In this document: positions 60,642 through 64,000 of the stretch, piece by piece | Numbering within the stretch: the stretch's first letter is position 1 | Layout of the letters: every line of letters begins with the position of its first letter | Assembly: GCF_006345805.1 (NCBI RefSeq) | Contig: NC_042997.1 | Span: 131,564,001 to 131,628,000 of the forward strand | DNA from: Octopus sinensis | Lineage: Eukaryota | Direction of reading: 5' to 3' | Length of the DNA stretch: 64,000 nucleotides | The notes under the pieces: generated by a model | The model's database searches: none | The model's input: the letters and a program-made list of their open reading frames with translations, nothing else | What the model was told of the DNA's origin: nothing | Translations under genes and position numbers: made by a program

Positions 60642-62138
60642 ATACACACTCTCATGCAAACACATGTACACACACATCCACAGATTCATACACACACATT
60701 CGCACTCACACACTCTCTCACTGACACACTTTTACAAATACACCCATACACATTATCTTGTCTTCAATATAGCATCTCTGTCTGTCAGTCTGTCACTCTC
60801 TGTATTTGTATACGTGTGTAGATGTGTAAATTAGGCTGTCCACCACATTGCTAGCTTAATTCATGATTGCTTTATAAGCAGCTAATTTATGCTATTAATT
60901 TGGGAAGGAAGCCAAAAATACATCATCTCTGAAAAGCAGTCATCAAACCATGAAACAGTCTGTCAGAAGACTGCTTTTTTTTTTTTTTTTCCTTTTCCTG
61001 CACATCATTAGCCTATATTTGAGTATTTTTGTTGTGTTTTTATAATACTTTCTGTCGGGTACAAATATGGTTGTAGCAATGATTCTTTATCTGTTGTGGT
61101 AATTAACAAACCTAAAAGTCAGAAGTGTGATATTGGAACTGGTATTCAGTATTTTACACTTCTGAATTAGATTTTACTTCATTGTTGCCATTTCCTTGCT
61201 ATTCTATATGGTGGGGAAAGATAAGTGCAAAAAATGTGTTTTCAATACTCACCATTCTTTCATGTTGGCCAAAATCATGATTTATTGTAGAATAATATCA
61301 AGATAAACACACATTGGTTGTATTTTTCTAATTTCTTAAAAAAATTTTTTTTTTTTTAAAAGAATATTCTTAGAATTTCAAAGATAGCAGACAATCTGTC
61401 TTTTTACTACAATGTATTGTGGTATAGTCTATTTTTTATATTTTTTGTGTATGCATTTTATTCATTTTGTTGTTTTCCTTCCTCTAAAAATACTAATGAG
61501 TTTGCAGGCTGAAATCATCAGAAATCGAAAAAATCCATTTATAAAATTTATTTCCTTTCTGATGTTTTTCTTTTTTCTCTCCTCCTCTCTCCCAGTAATT
61601 TTTTTTTTTAGAAATCAGACATAAGTCATTTTCGGTCTTCATGAGTTGGTTAAAAAAAATTGAATTGCAAACAAAGGAAACAGTTAGTTAAAGAATTTTT
61701 TTTATTTAAATATTTAAATACAGAAATTAACATTTAAAACAATGTTGCAGCTAAACACAATTTACAAGTAGGTAGAATTTCTTTCATCTTTTGAGAATTA
61801 AAAAGTGCAAACATGTTTTAGGGTCCATACTCTTGTAACAGGATGAGCTCGCATCCTTTACATTAAATATTAATCGAAGGAAAGAGTCAAGACTTCTGAT
61901 TAACTTCAATAGTATAAATATTTATTTCTTGATTCGCAATATATACATTTCTTCCTCTATGCGAATCGGCAGCCTAGGAGCTTATCGTAGTCGTCAAGTG
62001 GAGTGAGCCAAATCCTGTCAGTTCAAGCATAGCGGAGGTACGCCATGAGGTAGCAGCTTGAGAGAGCTGATAAAACACGACTGTCTTGTTCAGCTGCCGG
62101 CGTTCGAGAGAACGATACAAGGGAATTTTGCTGCTGCT

Positions 62139-62218
62139 AGTTTTCTGTGCATGCGCATGAGGGAACTTCTGGCAGGCCTCCCGGAAGACTCCAACTCTGC
62201 GCATGCGTGCTGGAGATT
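62139..62218 (+). ncRNA. Candidate ~80-nt hairpin (possible pre-miRNA-like or DNA dyad); unproven
   Basis: GCATGCGCA/TGCGCATGC, GAG/CTC, GGA/TCC and CTTCTGG/CCGGAAG pair around the 8-nt loop CAGGCCTC. Lies in unique sequence. Confidence 0.25.
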
Positions 62219-62853
62219 TCCAAGATGGCATCACTACACTCTTAACTCTTTAGCACTCAGACTACCTTGTCAGATATAATGCTTATTGATTCACATTGTT
62301 TTAATTTAATCATCTATTATCTCATAGCTTCAAGATTATGATGATGACGTGATTGTTTGTTTTTAGACTGACATTATAGGGTAACTGTGAGGGGTCAGAT
62401 CTAGCTGGGTTGAACAGAAAACAGGTAAAATATTTGGGCTGGATATGGCCAGGTTAAATGCTAAATGGTTAAGTCAGTGGTAAGTAGTTATTGTGGACCA
62501 TTGTTTAAAGTGAGTTCATTTCTTAAGCAAAATAACAAGAATTTCAAAGCAGCAATTCTGACACATTTGTGTCTGTTTATAATCAATAAATAACTTAATT
62601 CTCCTTCCTTTTGTTTTGTCTCTCTCCTCTTTTCCTTTCTTTTGTAATTTTTTATGATAGAAATATTCCACAAGACAACTAGCTCAACAGACATTATCTC
62701 TTTGATTGTCCCACTAATTGCAGTGCTTCAGTGTTTTCTTTTGGTTTTTAAAATTTCATCTTGAATTTTTAATTAATTTCATGCTTTACGAGAGAATATA
62801 ATATAATGCATATATATATATATATGTGTGTGTTTGTGTATATATATATATAT

Positions 62854-63183
62854 GGCATGGCTCAGTGGTTAGAGCATCGAGCTTATGATCGTGAGGTTGT
62901 GAGTTCGAATCCCAACCCGGGCTGCATGTTGTGTTCTTGAGGAAGACGCTGTATTTCACGTTGCTCCAGTTCACTCAGCTGTAGAAATGAGTTGCGACGT
63001 CACAGGTGCCAAGCTGTATTGGCCATTGCCTTTCTCTTGGATAACACTGGTGGCATGGAGAGGGGAGGCCGGTATGCGTGGGCGACTGCTGGTCTTCCAT
63101 AAAACATCCTTGCTCGGACTTCTGCCTGGAAGGGTAACTTTCTAGATGCAATCCTATGGTCAGTCATGACCGAAGGGGGTCTC
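62854..63183 (+). mobile_element. SINE family E, young copy
   Basis: TGGCTCAGTGGTTAGAGC A-box, GAGTTCGAATCC B-box, CpG-rich body. Confidence 0.92.
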
Positions 63184-63374
63184 AGCATATATATATATTT
63201 TACACCACTTCACACACACACAATCATCATCATCTTCATCATCATTTAACTTCTGTGCTCTATACTGGCATAGGTTTGACAGTTTGACATTGTCCAAGGG
63301 CTGCATTGGTTTTCAGTGTTTATTTGTGAAAGATTCATATGGTTGGATACCCTTCCTAATGTCAGTCATTAGTT

Positions 63375-63612
63375 GCAGGTGTGGTTGTGTGGTAAGAAGC
63401 GTGCTTCCCAGCCACATGGTTCTGGATTCAATTCCTCTTTGCGGTATCTTGGGCAAGTGTTTCCTACTAAATCCTTGGGCCGACCAAAACCTTGTAAGTG
63501 GATTTGGTGGACAGAAACTCAAAGAAACCGATTGTATATGTATCTGTGTGTATTTTCCAGTCTCTGTTTGTGCTCCACCATCACTCGACAATTGGTGTTG
63601 GGGCGTTTATAT
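63375..63612 (+). mobile_element. SINE family B (diverged, 3'-truncated)
   Basis: GTGGTTGTGTGGTAAGAAG head and TTGGGCAAGTGT CORE-like block. Confidence 0.75.
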
Positions 63613-64000
63613 GTAGGACTACATTATTTAATGTGTCCTTTATTGAAGAAAGAAGTGCTTGATTTGAAGAAGGTTTTGTTGCTATTTCTAGCAGAAAGGT
63701 TCTTTCATTGGCTTGCAAAGTGTTGTGTTAGTTGAAGTTCTACTGTCAATATTTTTCCCAATTTATCCATAACTGTCACTTGCAAGCAAGCATGACCTTG
63801 TTGCATGCACCACATTTTTTACTAGTTGTTTTATGTTTGTGTGGTTATGAGCAGGCAGACCCCTCCTTTCAACCTTCAAGCCCCTGACCCTTCAGTTGTT
63901 ACATCCTTGAACATTAATGATGTAACAGCTAAAAAGAGAGTGTGCTGTAACAGCACTCGTCAGGTACTCATTTTTGATTGAGTAGACTGAAGCCACATGA

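Noticed and set aside
805-63183. tRNA-like heads as tRNA genes, and repeated units as a CRISPR-like array
   Set aside because: The heads lack full cloverleaves and run into SINE bodies. The repeats are dispersed eukaryotic retroposons with no repeat-spacer periodicity or cas genes.
577-63735. Most supplied ORFs (YIYI/VCVC/HTHT-rich, and the recurrent 'LQLDALPNANHS', 'RLPNPLTRLW', 'STLPFILSGS'-type peptides)
   Set aside because: They are translations of microsatellites and of non-coding SINE/RTE UTR copies. They recur only because the repeats recur.

Overview
AT-rich, microsatellite-rich eukaryotic DNA. The repeat families (tRNA-headed SINEs and RTE 3' ends with (GAT)n tails) look like those of an Octopus genome; this is inferred from pattern recognition, not a database search. 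No complete protein-coding gene, rRNA, true tRNA or CRISPR array is present. Almost all supplied ORFs are translated repeats or microsatellites. The few real coding relics are transposon fragments: a Helitron PIF1 helicase, four RTE-type LINE pieces, two RLE-type non-LTR pieces (HERO/NeSL-like and R4/Dong-like) and a maT/mariner transposase. About 60 SINE or LINE-tail copies are present; family labels B, C, D, E, M and R1-R3 are my own working names. There are also MITEs (pogo/Tc2-like, hAT, piggyBac-like), three non-autonomous Helitrons and Penelope-like ends inside (TA)n. Two zones lack young repeats. The first (~9.9-17.5 kb) is CpG-richer and contains a candidate gene 5' end, including a possible first coding exon at 15495-15585. 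The second (~60.6-62.8 kb) holds a CpG-rich dyad/hairpin. Most of the window is probably intronic or intergenic. I found no convincing novel biological system. The best leads are the 62.1 kb hairpin, the U1-like inverted repeat facing the 15586 donor, multimeric and module-swapped SINEs, and fold-back insertions in (TA)n. Ends of degraded repeats are approximate (about +/-10-20 bp).
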